The notes beneath the pieces are model-generated. The model made no database searches and was not told the origin of the DNA. It saw only the letters and a list, made by a program, of their open reading frames with translations. Shown here one piece after another: positions 40,582 to 54,711 of a DNA stretch of 64,000 nt. Source of the DNA: Haliotis cracherodii. Its lineage: Eukaryota. The position numbers were made by a program, and so were the translations under genes. The stretch is from positions 32,054,001-32,118,000 of the forward strand of contig NW_027266297.1 of the NCBI RefSeq assembly GCF_022045235.1, written 5' to 3'. Each line of letters opens with the position of its first letter. Position 1 is the first letter of the stretch.

Positions 40582-40695
40582 GGGGCGGTCGGGTAGCCTC
40601 GTGGTTGAAGCGTTCGCTCGTCACACCGAAGACGCGGGTTCAATTCCCGACATGGGTACAATGTGCGAAGCCTATTTCTGGTGTCCCCCGCCGAT
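40582..40695 (+). mobile_element. tRNA-derived SINE (family 4), 3'-truncated, followed by poly-C/CA tract
   Basis: A box TAGCCTCGTGG, B box GGTTCAATTCC, body CATGGGTACAATGTG..CCTATTTCTGGTGTCCCCCG. Confidence 0.75.
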
Positions 40696-41099
40696 ACCAT
40701 CCTCTTAACAGGGCCCCCCCCCCCCCCCCCACCCCCCCACCCCCCACCCCACACACACCCATTTGTCACACATGCCATCTTTCACACACCTTAAAACAAA
40801 ATAGGACAGGGTTGACTGACGGGCTAATCCCTTCCACTTAGTTCACCGTTAAAAAAGAATGATCCAGGCAGAACAATAAAACACCAGATTGTTTAGGGCA
40901 TCTTTATATCACATGCAAAAAAATAATTATTTTAAATAATTATCTTACCTTAGCTTATATATTTTTATTCATCCCTTTATTATATTACACTATCTTATAT
41001 CCAGAGACATACAACACTATTTGACACAACATTATATAACATTATCCTAAATATTGATATTCATAATAATAGACAGTGACATACAAAAACACAATCTCT

Positions 41100-42040
41100 C
41101 TCAATCAATTTTCAGCTTAGCTGCAGATGACCAATGGCATCCAGGTCCTGCATCGGTGACTTTGTTCCTGTTGGAGAGCTGGTCAGATACAATTTCCAAG
41201 GTCTGTAGACCCACCTCAAGCAAGGTGGTGCTGCACTGAAGTTCAGTTGTGTCAGTTTTTCTTTGTCTGTAGCCTTGATCTGTTGTACGACCTTGCTGAA
41301 TCTGTAGGTGTTGGGATGATAGTATGCTAAGAGACGGTTCGATCTGGTGGAACCCTTCAAGGATGTTGTTAGTGCCTGGGCCATTTGTCTGGTTATGGTT
41401 CCATACGTGAAATGGAAAAGTTGAAAGTCGAACCAGTTCGTGATCATGACGTCGTTGAATGCCTCGGCACGGGAACATCAGGGCAGGAATCCATAGCTTC
41501 AACCCACACATCTTGAACTCGTGTCAAAAGCAAATTTACGACCGAGCTTCTGCTGTACGCGTGTCTTAAGAAAGCTAGATGTAGATTGCAATCTGACGAT
41601 GACGTTAGAGTATGTATTCTTATGCATAAGAAGCACACCCACTCAAAGCATGAATTATATCAACCTGATTTCCCAAAGCGCTGGACAAGAGGGTAAAGTT
41701 TCATCCATGTATATTGTATCTGCTGACTGAAGTACTTGCCACTTATCTTGTGTGGAGAAGGGTTGGGTCTTCTTTTCTTCTCTATCGCCGAAGAGAAGAA
41801 AGGGCTGTGTCCACTCCCAAAGGAGATCAACTTCAACTTTGGTCTGAGGCAAGGCTGGTCTCCCTACACTGACTGTAGACTGCACTGCTTATACTGGAGA
41901 AGGATGGAAGAATCGGGATCTGTTCTTTGTGTTGCTCGGCAACCACACAATTATACATCACCTGACAGTATGTTGAATACTGCTGGAATTAGCCCTTTTT
42001 TAGTTGGAGGCACGGTAGCCAGTTTTGTCCATTTTCATAA
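41100..42040 (-). pseudogene. MULE (Mutator-like) transposase relic
   Basis: PFLLFGD..FST..LQSADTIYMDETLPSCPALW (MULE 'YMDGTF..CP' motif), WNH..GTNNILEGFH ('RTNN..EGWH') and HPNTYRF, frameshifted. Confidence 0.75.
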
Positions 42041-42836
42041 GCAGAGAATACTGGTCACTTGATGCCTGCATATATTTGCTGCATGGTTTTGATTTTAGTT
42101 GAAATTCTGCATGAATGAGAAGCTAACTCAGGTGGATTCAAAATATTAGCTGTGTATATATAATGTAAGTCGTAAGTTCCTTGAAAATGATGACATTAAA
42201 ATGTTTGAAAGACGTATGCGAACCGATTTGTTCACATGTTACATGCCTAGACTAGCATACATACATACCAATGTACTGTTACTGATTTTCATTTGATCCT
42301 AATCATGAATGAACCCGCGTATATGTATTTCATCGTGCTCAATAGAACTTTATTTTAAACACTCACCAGAGCTAATGTAGCAAGCTGTGATAAAGTGACA
42401 GTGGTCCTGATGTAACGTCTCAGCCAATAATGATACGTAAGTTTCCACTCAACCAACCAAATAATAGAGAATGGATAATTCGGCACTGTTTTGAACCTAC
42501 TAACGTTTTCATAACTTTTGTAGTTTGGGGGTAAAATCAACTTGTATCAAGTGTATACTATCTTTTGTCCGGATGTTTATGATATATAGCTAAATAGCGA
42601 TACCCGAGAATATTATATATCAAACATTTTCCTTATGGAAGAACAAACTTGTTATACTTCAACTGTACACGTATAGTTTGCATGAAATCAGGTTAAACCA
42701 TCTCCTTGGCATTATTTCTTATTTAAATAAAAAAAACGTCAACACCAGTGAATAACCAGTCTCGATTATCCGCCGAACCAGATTTCGCGGAAAGGGTAAG
42801 CATGTCCTGCCCTACACAATGTGCATAACGTTTTTT

Positions 42837-43325
42837 TGGTTTGGTTTGGTTTGTTGTTTAACGCCGCACTCAGCAATATTCGGGCTGTATCACGGCGGTC
42901 TGTAAATAATTAAGAATTGACCTTGATAGAGTGAGGGCCAAGCTGTATGAACGTCGGAGCTTGCGACTCTATTCTCAATGTATACTGAAACGCTGAGACC
43001 AAGAATAAAGGTTCTAAATGATCAGAAAGAACGCTTATGCATGTTTTCGTGCTAGGGAATTCCCAGGGGTTTCCCCAGGAATGTGGAAGTAGTCCGTCAG
43101 TGTTTACGTCATTTCAAGAACACGGCCTCGTGAAAAACGTATGAACGTCAAATTGTGTCGTTCATACACTTATGAACGTCAATTTCGCGGTCATGTGACC
43201 GACCTCTCGTCCAATGTAAAAGCCGTATATCGTGTAAACTTAAAAAATTATTCGAGTGTGAACCAGATAATCCAGTGATTAATATCATGAGCATCGTTCC
43301 ACGCAATTTGGATCGATGACATGTG
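42837..43325 (-). mobile_element. Family 3 retroposon interrupted by a ~330-bp insertion
   Basis: Tail at 42837-42910 resumes at ~43245-43325. The insert is bounded by TTAA on both sides. Confidence 0.65.
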
Positions 43326-43952
43326 TGCCTAAAAAGGTAGAGTTTGTTACCTGACGCCGCACAGCAACTGCCATGCGACGGAGGCCTCAACACAAACCAG
43401 ACCGTCAAGCGATTGAACTGAAAATCCAGTGACACAGTTATAAATACAACTTCCATAAATATAACTATGCTAATCCACAGCCCCGTTTATGAATCACATT
43501 ATAAGGTGTTTTTTCCAGAGTGAACTGAGAACTACCTTTATGGATATGTCACATACATGATGTTAATTTGATGCAGACATGCTGACAAGACGACGCTCAC
43601 CCTGTGAAGGGACTGGACGTAGGGCACTGAAAGTATGATTAGGACAACATAAACATCCGCTTCAATTACGTTCCTGCACCTACTCTTTATAACATAAGTT
43701 AATTATTCACATAACGAATTCAGAGGACCATTATGAATATACAAAAATAACATAGTCAAGGTATGGGAACTACTGTCATATTGTGATGAACTCAACCACC
43801 CAAACCCACTCACTCACTCACATATAAACTGCAGTGAAAGCGATTTTTGTGAAAGTAGGATTTGCCGAGTTATTCATCGAATGCCCATATACGAATCCGT
43901 TTATTAATTTGATAAAATGTTTATTTCCCTGAAACCCTGTTGTTGCAACCTC

Positions 43953-45223
43953 ACATCTCCTCCACCTTCACCCCTATTAGCCCCTACTGTTAGTATTATA
44001 CATCTCCCCCACCCTTGCCCCTATTAGCCCCTACAGTTAGTATTGTACATCTCCCCCACCCTTGCCCCTACAGTTAGTATTATACATCTCCTCCAACCTT
44101 GCCCCTATTAGCGCCTACAGTTAGTATCATACATCTCCTCCAACCTTGCCCCTATTAGCGCCTACAGTTAGTATCATACATCTCCCCCACCCTTGCCCCT
44201 ATTAGCGCCTACAGTTAGTATCATACATCTCCTCCAACCTTGCCCCTATTAGCGCCTACAGTTAGTATCATACATCTCCTCCAACCTTGCCCCTATTAGC
44301 CCTTACAGTTAGTATTATACATCTCCCCCACCCTTGCCCCTATTAGCCCTTACAGTTAGTATTATACATCTCCCCCACCCTTGCCCCAATTAGTCCCTAC
44401 AGTTAGTATTATACATCTCCCCCACCCTTGCCCCTATTAGCCCCTACAGTTAGTATTATACATCTCCCCCACCCTTGCCCCTATTGGCCCCTACAGTTAG
44501 TATTATACATCTCCCCCACCCTTGCCCCTATTAGCCCCTACAGTTAGTATTATACATCTCCCCCACCCTTGCCCCTATTAGCCCCTACAGTTAGTATTAT
44601 ACATCTCCCCCACCCTTGCCCCTATTAGTCCCTACAGTTAGTATTATACATCTCCCCCACCCTTGCCCCTACAGTTAGTATTATACATCTCCCCCACCCT
44701 TGCCCCTATTAGTCCCTACAGTTAGTATTATACATCTCCCCCACCCTTGCCCCTATTAGCCCCTACATTTAGTATGATGCATCTCATCCACCCTTGCCCC
44801 TATTAGCCCCGACAGTTAGTATTATACATCTCCCCCACCCTTGCCCCTATTAGCGCCTACAGTTAGTATCATACATCTCCCCACCCTTGCCCCTATTAGC
44901 CCCTACAGTAAGTATTATACATCTCCCCCACCCTTGCCCCTATTAGCGCCTACAGTTAGTATCATACATCTCCTCCAACCTTGCCCCTATTAGCCCCTAC
45001 AGTTAGTATTATACATCTCCCCCACCCTTGCCCCTATTAGCCCCTACAGTTAGTATTATACATCTCCCCCACCCTTGCCCCTATTAGCCCCTACTGTTAG
45101 TATTATACATCTCCCCCACCCTTGCCCCTACAGTTAGTATTATACATCTCCCCCACCCTTGCCCCTACAGTTAGTATTATACATCTCTTCCACCCTTGCC
45201 CCTACAGTTAGTATTATACATCT
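43953..45223. repeat. 47-bp minisatellite (~28 units, some 37-bp variants)
   Basis: Unit ACATCTCCCCCACCCTTGCCCCTATTAGCCCCTACAGTTAGTATTAT. Confidence 0.95.
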
Positions 45224-45519
45224 TCTGAGATATTTCATTGGTGAGGCTGGGGGTGGGATCTTTTCAGCTACAAAACCAGACTATTTTTATATTTTAAACT
45301 ATGAGCCTGATTTTATTTAAGAACCACCTTACAACAATATGGTGGCAGGTCATTTATTTTTTTTAGACAGTCTGAAGTCTGTTTTTTCAAAAACTTTTAG
45401 GTACAATGTCTTATTTTCGCTAAATTCCCAGCTCACTTCCCCAACATAAGTGCATCCGCAACAGTGTATCCGTCAGTGTATCAAAGGTTGGGGAAAGAAT
45501 GTTTAGATTGTTTACATTT

Positions 45520-46120
45520 GTCGCTTAATTTGGTCTGGTATACATTGATTACATTGTTGTTTATTCGAAGTCTCTCCCAAAGCACTTAGATTGTTTGAAA
45601 CACATAATTTCGTCAAAAGGAAAGTCTGCTATGTAGGACATGTAGTTTCAGACAACGGGCCAGGACCGGATCCAGAATAGTTAGAGATGATATTTTCACG
45701 GCCCAGACCAATTTCTCTAGGATGTCTTCACGGCCCAGACCAACTTCTCTAGGATGTCTTCATGTCCAGACCAACGTCTCCAGGCTCTGCTGGTTACTAT
45801 CTACGTTTTGTTGCCAATTTTGCGAATCGCCAGACCTTGGGGTAAACCTCTACCTCATTCCCCACGAAAAGGAAAATAGAAACGTAAGATTACGGAGAGA
45901 ATATGGGAATGAGGACCAGAGCAGGAACAATTATCATGTGAGTTGAGTGCCAGATTACTTTCACCACCGGTTTCTGTGAACTTTCTCTTCCTTTAGATTT
46001 GCAAGTAGATGCTATCCAGAAGGGTTTAGGAGCAGTTTAGACCAAACTCGAGATGGAGAGAAACGAGGAATCAGTTATGCAAGTCGTGGGAATTAAAACA
46101 AGACTACCCCGCACAAAAAC
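45520..46120 (+). pseudogene. Gypsy/Ty3 pol relic (RT-RNase H)
   Basis: Hand translation gives YIDYIVVYSK (YxDD), VCYVGHVVSDNGPGPDPE, LQVDAIQKGLGAV and ISYASR, with multiple stops. Confidence 0.7.
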
Positions 46121-46515
46121 TAGAACTCTTGGCTCTCACTTGGAAATTTACCAAATTTAATATTAATATTAATTCTATACCAGTCAAATCACTGCAAGAA
46201 TGGGCTGTGGATGGAACTTGGGTCCTTGGCTTCACTTACATGCCCAACACCACAGCATCTGTGTAAACTAGTGCAGGACAGTAAAAGGGACATGTCTCAA
46301 TAACATCTTCATTTTATGTCCCAGACAATATTAACACTAGAATATACGTTCATCATGCTTGCATATTCAAGTGTGAAGAAAGAAAAACATGCTCTGCACT
46401 TGTTCGTATGGAGGAACTAAATACTTTTATGAAATTATTGATGATAAAAAACTTAACACTCACTTGGAGTTTTGTAGACCAAAGATGATCAATTGGACAT
46501 TCATGCAGTGTTTAG

Positions 46516-46806
46516 TGAGTGAGTGAGTGAGTGAGTGAGTTGGGTTTAACGCCGCTTTTAACAGTATTCCAGTTATATCCCGGCGTGTCAGCTTAATGTG
46601 GGAGGAAAGCCCGAAGTGATGCAGGTCTCTGACGTTTACCACTTCGGTGAAACCCACGAGCACGGGTATGGTGCTAACAAACCTAGAAACATAATCGGGG
46701 CGAACCTGGATTCGAACCCACAATCATAGGTTTCTGGCGTGCCCAAGGGACGCAACTCTGCACAGCGAATCGCGGCGAATTAGACGACTGGGCCACCCGT
46801 GCCCCC
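46516..46806 (-). mobile_element. tRNA-derived SINE (family 1), full length
   Basis: Reverse complement of 615-891, with 12-bp TSD TGCAGTGTTTAG (46504-46515 and 46807-46818). Confidence 0.9.
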
Positions 46807-47684
46807 TGCAGTGTTTAGGTAACTGCCCATAAATATACATGATCATGGTCAAGATGAAAACGGACTGTGAAGCCAGATTGTAGACATCCATTGACTCAAG
46901 GTGTAAGTTGTTCCTGTATTCAGATACGTTGTAGAGCAGAAAATGGCACCATACAACACAGAGAAACTATGCTGATATTTGAGTTTAAAATGACAAAACA
47001 AATTATTTTCAGTTAGGACATTTTATTCCTTAAAAACAAAGAAACATTTGATCAATTTTGTATAAGAAATGATCATACAGGCTGTAAATAATCACGTCTC
47101 AACCAGACAAGACAATTATATATGATGAAATATTATGAGCAATGGTCCTACAGATCAAGGTACAAGGACACGTAATGAATCAAGTCACTGAGTCTGACCA
47201 CCGGATCATCTCAATCATCTCTTACATCATACATTGGTTCCTGGAGACCTATTCTGAACAAGGTAACATACAACAATATTCAGTATTAGTGCCAGAAGTT
47301 TGGTAAACACAATCCATTTATGCCTGTAGAAAAACAATAAGTCAGTAAAAGAATCTTACATAATCCCAATGTAATGTCAACTAACTTGGCTAACTAGTCC
47401 TTGGCTACCAAACATTGAATGTGAACATAACATGAATAATCTACAGAATACTCATTAATAATGATTCTGGAAAGTAAACAAACATAAACTTAAAGACAAA
47501 ATGCCTCTGTGAACAATTGAAACTATCATACAACCAAGACCACATGGCCCAAGTGTATTAACTTCCATGTCTGTTAGCTAAATGAGACTGACAGTAAACA
47601 TAATTGTTTTAGAAAAGAAGGTGTAGAGAAAATAAATTTAAAAAAAATGTGATAAGAATATCACAGGTTACGTACATGCCAACA

Positions 47685-48041
47685 AGGGCTGGGACAGGTA
47701 AATCGGGTACCCGGGTCGGGTGGGTACCGAGTAGGACCCGGGTACCCACAGGACTACCAGGACCCGTGGTTAGTCACGTGATATATTGTTTAGTGACTTA
47801 AAGTGTAGATAATTTTTGTCATTAATGTTCGCATTTCTTTCTGACTATGCATCCATTCCTTCTGATTTTTCATATTTTTGAATCAAGATATAACTTAAGT
47901 CAACTTCAGTGTGTGCACGACCAGATTGTTTAATACATGTATCTAAATATGTTTTGCCAGGACTATGGTAAAAAATTCCCAATCGGACATTTTGTACCTA
48001 TCTTTTGTGACCTACAGTGGGTACCCGGGTAGGGTCGGGTA
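47685..48041. mobile_element. Possible small DNA-transposon relic with GGGTACCC subterminal palindromes
   Basis: GGTACCCGGG clusters at both ends, flanked by direct repeat ATGCCAACA. No clean right TIR. Confidence 0.4.
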
Positions 48042-50321
48042 ATGCCAACATCTGGGGCTGGATAAAGGTTTGCTTGGGCAAGTAAAACGTACAATGATTT
48101 TGGTAGAACATTATAAACAAGAGTCATCAGAAGATGACAAATCCCCCATGCCATCTGACTGTTACTTTAAGTCTAACTTGATGAGAGAACTTCTGTCTAA
48201 TCTGTCTCTCAGTATACGAGTTATTGAACTATCAAATCAATATCAAGGAAATGGGAATCTATGTCAAACTTTTGACAAAGAAACAGAAAAAATAAATAAA
48301 TTCAAAACATCCCTTAATAGCAAAAGCCACCAGTTGACAACCTGATCTTTTTCTGGAAACTATGCACGCACAGAGTACCTCTAGTTTTAGAGATATGGTC
48401 CGGACAAACACACCACTATGAACAGAGTCAAAGTCAAACTTTTTGCCATGGGGACATGAAAACAAATTCTAAATAGCAAAAGGCTTCAGCCTTTGACTAA
48501 TGCCGGTACATGAACCAAGTTTGGATGAAAAATGTTGAATTGCTTTTTGTACTATTCCGGAAACGACACCGACCTCCATTTAAGCTAAGTCGTAACTTGT
48601 TTCAATAAAACAGGGAAAAATCAAATTTTGAATGGAGAATTTAGGCACCATTTCAGTCCTTGGTTAATATATGTACCAGTTTTGGATGAAACGTTTCACA
48701 GATTTCAAGTTGTGCTGCGGAAACGACACTTACCACATCTATTTGAGACTAAGTAGAAACTTAAGTGCTTTTGCATAGAAATCGAGAAAGAAAAATGACA
48801 AAAGTCTGCAAATAGCAAAAGGCACAACTTCAGGATCTGTTAAAACAAATATTGAACGGTTTTCGAGTAAGGCTCCGGAAACAAAATGATTACAGACGCA
48901 CAGACGTGCAGACAGACAGACAAGGCATTATTTGCCAGGGTGATAAAAAGGGAAACAAGGCTTTGTAGAATCTACTACAAGACACACAAGACATTCTCAC
49001 TGCATGATTAATTACACAAAGAAGTTTCAGAGTTGTGAGACAAAGCAACAGCACCCACAGAGTTGGTGTGCAATTCTGTGCAGTGATAATGATTCACTTA
49101 CTGTGAACACAAACACAAAATTCATGTAGTTAATGCTTTTGAGGAAATGTAAGACAATGAGGCATTGCTATATACACTCAATGGTCATAATATCGTAAAA
49201 TATCCACATGTACAAATATATACCATCTCAACACACATGTGGCATGTGCCAAATATCACAATAAGTATGAGAAGGCAAAGCAAATTGGAATGTCATCATT
49301 GATTCATATGCGTCAAATTACAAATATATGTACCGATATGGTGCAAACACAGTTCTCCTTTGAGGAGGTAGACAAAAGTTACAACCACAACAATAGTGCA
49401 AAGATATCAAAGTAAGTAATCAGTTTAAATGACATCTCCCTTAAGACAGGATTTCAGCATAAGAAATAAAATGTAAAATTTGGTAAACAAATGATGACAT
49501 TTGTATTTAATATACTAAATTGTTTTGGGGAGAACATGTGGAAAACTTGTGCCCTGCACACTGTTTGATCTCTTTGAAAGGTTTTGCAAAAACTACTCCT
49601 GCAATTGTATGTGAAAGGCACAAATGCCAGGTCACAAGGGCTCGCGAACATTACACTATTATATACACAATATACTAAGTGTGACAAGTTGGTTGTCATT
49701 AAACTTTCATAATTACATAATCAACAACCAGGAAATGCCTCATCATGAAGACAAAATCCTATACCTATAAATAGCCAAGTTGACACAAATGTCCTGGCGC
49801 TGTATAACACTATGAAACAAAGCTCCAGATAGATCCTTGTTATTCTTCAGAATCCATAGCAATGTGAACACCCATTCACGGACATCCATATTTGACTTCT
49901 TTATAGATATTGTGTTCAGCATATCCATCAGAATGTATGCAATAGCTTCCTTCATGTCCACACATGGTAATATGTGACCACTCTGAAGTGTAAGAAAAGA
50001 TACATGGGATATAACTGAGTACAATGATACACAGACAGTCAGGCAAAACATTTGCACTCTTTAAAGTCATTTCGTCCTGAAAGTCATGGGTGATAAGGAC
50101 TTCTTGTAGCTTTCTTCAAGAACCTTTTCTGGCTTATCGGGTAGAAGATTAACAATATGCGAATTAACCTCACAATTTCAAATCTATACCTTAGTAAAGG
50201 TAATGAGCAATAAGAAGGTTTGTAGTATTTGCCCTGGTTGTCAGGGACCAAATCATCTGACAATACTGACCAGAAATCTGTTTTAGTTTTGTCCAGAACT
50301 GTGGCTAAGTGTGTGTCTTCA

Positions 50322-50503
50322 GGGGGCACGGGAGGGCCAGTTATCAAAGGCGCCCCAATAAGCTGTGCAGTTATAAACATCTAAGACCTGCATCTATTCG
50401 TGTTTTTCTCCCACATTAAGCTGACACGCCATGATATAACTGGAATACTGTTAAAAGTGGCGTCAAACCAAACTAAATCACATGCTCACTCTCTCACTCT
50501 CAC
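50322..50503 (+). mobile_element. Family 1 SINE, diverged and internally deleted
   Basis: GGGGGCACGG head, and a tail CCACATTAAGCTGACACGCC...GGCGTCAAAC shared with 615-891. Confidence 0.75.
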
Positions 50504-50967
50504 CACCTTAGTACTGTTTATTAAGTTGACCATTTTATACTATACATGTATCCACTAGATGAGTAACTCAAACCCATCATAATATTGCAGACCATAAGCT
50601 AACATAGACATATATATATAAAATATTCTTACATGTACTTTTGTGTTAAACTTTCCAGCTTATTTCCAACTTGGCACTTGAACAGGTTTTATTTTCCCCG
50701 AGCACAACCTGTATCAACAGAGAGACAGTTATAAGATATATTTTACCTTGTTGGCAACATATGTTAAGTTAAGAGGACTTCACCATAAATAGTGCGATAA
50801 CACTGTATGGTCCTGAGATACCCCGGTCACACGCTTGGTTGATTCCTACCAGTGTCTGTGTGATAAAGGCTCTACATACAATAAGACTTATTATGTCTTA
50901 TGTTCGATCCCATATGGTCAGTCTGACCTCACTACGCCATCACTGCCTCAACTATACTTGGGATACG

Positions 50968-51895
50968 TACGTGGCATAGTGAGTGAGTGAGTTACAATTT
51001 TACATCGCCATACGTGGCATAGTGAGTGAGTGAGTTACAATTTTACATCGCCATACGTGGCATAGTGAGTGAGTGAGTTATTATTTTACATCGACGTACG
51101 TGGCATAGTGAGTGAGTTACAATTTTACATCGCCATACGTGGCGTAGTGAGTGAGTTACACTTTTACATCGCCGTACGTGGCATAGTGAGTGAGTGAGTT
51201 ATAATTTTACATCACCTTACGTGGCATAGCGAGTGAGTAATGATTTTACATCGCTGTACGTGGCATAGTGAGTGAGTTATAATTTTACATCGCCATACGT
51301 GGCGTAGTGAGTGAGTTACACTTTTACATCGCCGTACGTGGCATAGTGAGTGAGTGAGTTATAATTTTACATCACCTTACGTGGCATAGCGAGTGAGTAA
51401 TGATTTTACATCACCTTACGTGGCATAGCGAGTGAGTAATGATTTTACATCGCTGTACGTGGCATAGTGAGTGAGTTATAATTTTACATAGCCGTACGTG
51501 GCATAATGAGTGAGTCACACTTTTACATCACCTTACGTGGCATAGCAAGTGAGTGAGTTATTATTTTACATCGCCGAACGTGGCATAGTGAGTGAGTTAC
51601 GATTTTACATCGCCGTACATGGCATAATGAGTGAGTTTCACTTTTACATCGCCGTACGTGGCATAGTGAGGGAGTTATATTTTTACATCGGCGTACATGG
51701 CATAGTGAGTTATAATTTTACATCGCCGTACGTGGCATAGTGAGTGAGTTATATTTTTACATCACCATACGTGGCATAGTGAGTGAGTTATAATTTTACA
51801 TCACCGTACATGGCACAGTGAGTAAGTTATAATTTTACATCAATGTACGTGGCATAGTGAGTGAGTAACAATTTTACATCACCGTATGTGGCATA
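50968..51895. repeat. 39/43-bp minisatellite (~23 units)
   Basis: Unit TACGTGGCATAGTGAGTGAGTTATAATTTTACATCGCCG. Confidence 0.95.
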
Positions 51896-52479
51896 AGTAA
51901 CAATACTATTTTGCTGTATGAAGGAAAGGAATTTGGCGTATTGAGCTTTACATTTGTTTTTAAAAGTGCAAACCACTCTCCATTGCAGTCAAGGACCCCA
52001 CTGAGGAAGTTGATGCCGTTTTGAACATTTCAGTTAAATCACGGGGTATCAACTTCTTGTGGAAGGAAAGGAAAGTGATGTAGGTACAGGTTCATCACTG
52101 GTGAAACCAGTCAGCACCGACGTGGTTCCTACCAGCCAGGTGACAAGTTGACAACATGATAAAGCTAATTATTATAAAACTTTATTCAAAACAAATTTAC
52201 AAACGTTATGAGGGAAAGCACCAAGTAATCGTTTTAACAACTATTTATTCTCAAGTGCTCCAATGATAAGGGGTGTCATTAAACAAGAAAAAGTAATAAT
52301 GAAAATACGGTAATAGGTTCACAGGTACGTTACTAACAACTAATTCTACCAATAGACGACAATAAAAATGATCAAATGAGCCAAATCTGCGCTGACAAAG
52401 ATCTGATTAATTAAATCAGAGCAAAGCACAAGCGGCTGAGCTAAGCAACTGTATTACAGTAATAACATGAGAGCAGCTA

Positions 52480-52960
52480 AAACAACACTTAGGAAATACA
52501 GGATTCATCAAAAATAGTTTTGATAAAAGACAACCATTTACAATGTAAATCATCCTCCTGGTTGAAATCATATGTCTCTAAAACTCTCTCCGATACATAC
52601 TGGCCATCTTGGAAAGTGGATATTTCAAATTCAAGTAAATGCTCCTCATATCATATTTTTAAAATCGCCTATAAACTTGAAACATATTTAATAAACATCC
52701 CTCCCCAAATATATAATTCAAATTGCTATTCTGTAGGACATCTTGTCTGCCAATAGAAACCGCAAGATGGTTGTGTTGACATTGGAGATGAATTCCAGTG
52801 TAAATGTAAATACATGTATTCCAATGAACAAAGGGACAAGTACATCCCCAAAAACTATTCGTAAAGACCAAATATCTTATAACTCCAACAATTATTTAAC
52901 TGCCATAAGATATCTGTCCAAAAGAAACAATGTAAATTTGTTAACATAAAATAAAAATTG
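52480..52960 (+). pseudogene. 3' end of a non-LTR retrotransposon ORF2 (clade undetermined)
   Basis: W..DISNSSKCSSYHIFK..YKLETYL, then LPIETARW and GDEF in other frames, typical of LINE C-termini. Confidence 0.6.
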
Positions 52961-54054
52961 TAAAAAGTTCCGGGTTACCTCTGTCCGCAGTGTAAAATAC
53001 TGTTTGTACCTCATATGCCGAGGGAAACAAAGTGATGTTCTGTTCTAACAAGATACCGACCAGATGCATAGACAGCCATTTAAGTCAGCTGCAACCAGTT
53101 AACACCTGAGTTAATTAACTCAACACTCTGATGAGTGAATAACCTCTGCCCAGTTAAATAAAGGGAAATAAACACAGAGGGCCTATCCCTAAAATAAGTC
53201 CCTTGGACAATAAAATAGACGAGAACGTCATAATATCAAACTAGTCAAATAGACTAAAGATTCAGTCACTTTGACCGAGCAAGGAAATACTAAAATTCCC
53301 CAAAAGCTAGACAATCTCCACGGATTACTAGAAAAAATTGAGTATTTGAAACGCTAGTTACATGTACTAAGTTTAGCTCAATACAACCAGAGTAAGTCAG
53401 TCCTGATACGAGATCCCGTAGCAAACCGACCATTAAAACTGCCTAATGAATCCTGGGGGATAAAGATACAAGATCTTGAAAATGTTTATATATACAGGGC
53501 GCAGGCCTCAGAGAGGTCAGTCTCTCCTGGACTGCTGGGGAATACAATGGTCTGAGGCACTTAACCAACGTGTGTGTCTAAACATGGGGAAAACACAAAT
53601 AACAAACTACTATATCCATACTGATGATGAAATCATAAAAATAAAACACTGAACATAGGCTATCCAACGGTATCATCAAAGATTACAAGAAACTAAGTAC
53701 AATTATTGGGGAGGCAAAATCGATCATAAATACATGAGAAATATCTGAATGTACATATACGTGTAGTTTATTTGTTGTTTAAAGTCGCACTCAGCAATAT
53801 TCCAGCTATATGATGGCGGTCTGTAAATAATCGAGTCTAGACCAGACAATCCAGTGATTGATTTCATGAGCATCGATCCACGCAATTGGGGTCACCTCAA
53901 GGTAAAAACTGTTATACTTATTGAATATTTAGTGCATGTGTGAATGTATGGCTATCGATATGAAATACATTTGTATTGTCATTACTTTCACTGGAATTTG
54001 CAATGATAGAGGCAAAATGTGACCCAGATATGTCAAACGATTGAAACTCTATGA

Positions 54055-54700
54055 CTGTCTATACTCTTACTTTTAAGAATGCTAGGCTTGTTTTAGAAGT
54101 ATCAAATGAATACATCCAGAGCAGCATGGCTCAACCACATCTGTATGTATCCATTCTCGTGACAGACCAAAATAGATTTTCAAAATTAATATGACAAATG
54201 CAGACTGAATTTGAAACATGGCAGAAACCTATGTGTACCCTCACAGCTATAAACACTAAACTTTTATCAGTGTGGCTTTGAATTCCCAAAATATACTAAA
54301 ATTCCAAAACATTAACACTTGATCTATGTACGCTTTATAAAAATATGTAATAAATTTCATATGCCGTTGAGAAGTAGTAAGTGAGTTGTATTTTACGCCT
54401 CTTTTTATCAATTTTCAGCAATATCATGGCGGGGCACACCAGAAATGGGCTTCACACATTGTACCCATGTGGGGTATCGAACCAGCGTGTTTGGCGTGAC
54501 AAGCGAATGCTTTAACCACCAGGCTATCCCACCGGCACCTCGGTATTGAAGTAGACGGTAACACAACATGGAAGATGCATTTTCCAAAGCGGAATTGGGT
54601 TGCTATGTGGTGATGGTGATTGGAGTCCCATTTAACCCACTCATGTAGAGGTCAGTCTGTCCTGGACTGCTGGCAGCAGGGAATACAATAGTCTGAGGCA
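54055..54700 (+). repeat. Dispersed duplicated block (matches 57420-58060; sub-blocks at 53510-53760, 56420-56490, 57220-57378, 63690-63845), probably BEL LTR-derived
   Basis: Direct sequence identity. One sub-block lies just 3' of the BEL integrase and PPT. Confidence 0.6.
54380..54540 (-). mobile_element. Family 4 SINE
   Basis: Reverse complement of 40582-40695 plus tail. Duplicated with its flank at 57744-57904. Confidence 0.75.
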
Positions 54701-54711
54701 CTTTACCAACG

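Noticed and set aside
43953-51895. 39- and 47-bp repeats as CRISPR arrays
   Set aside because: Head-to-tail units with no unique spacers, no cas genes, and a eukaryotic context.
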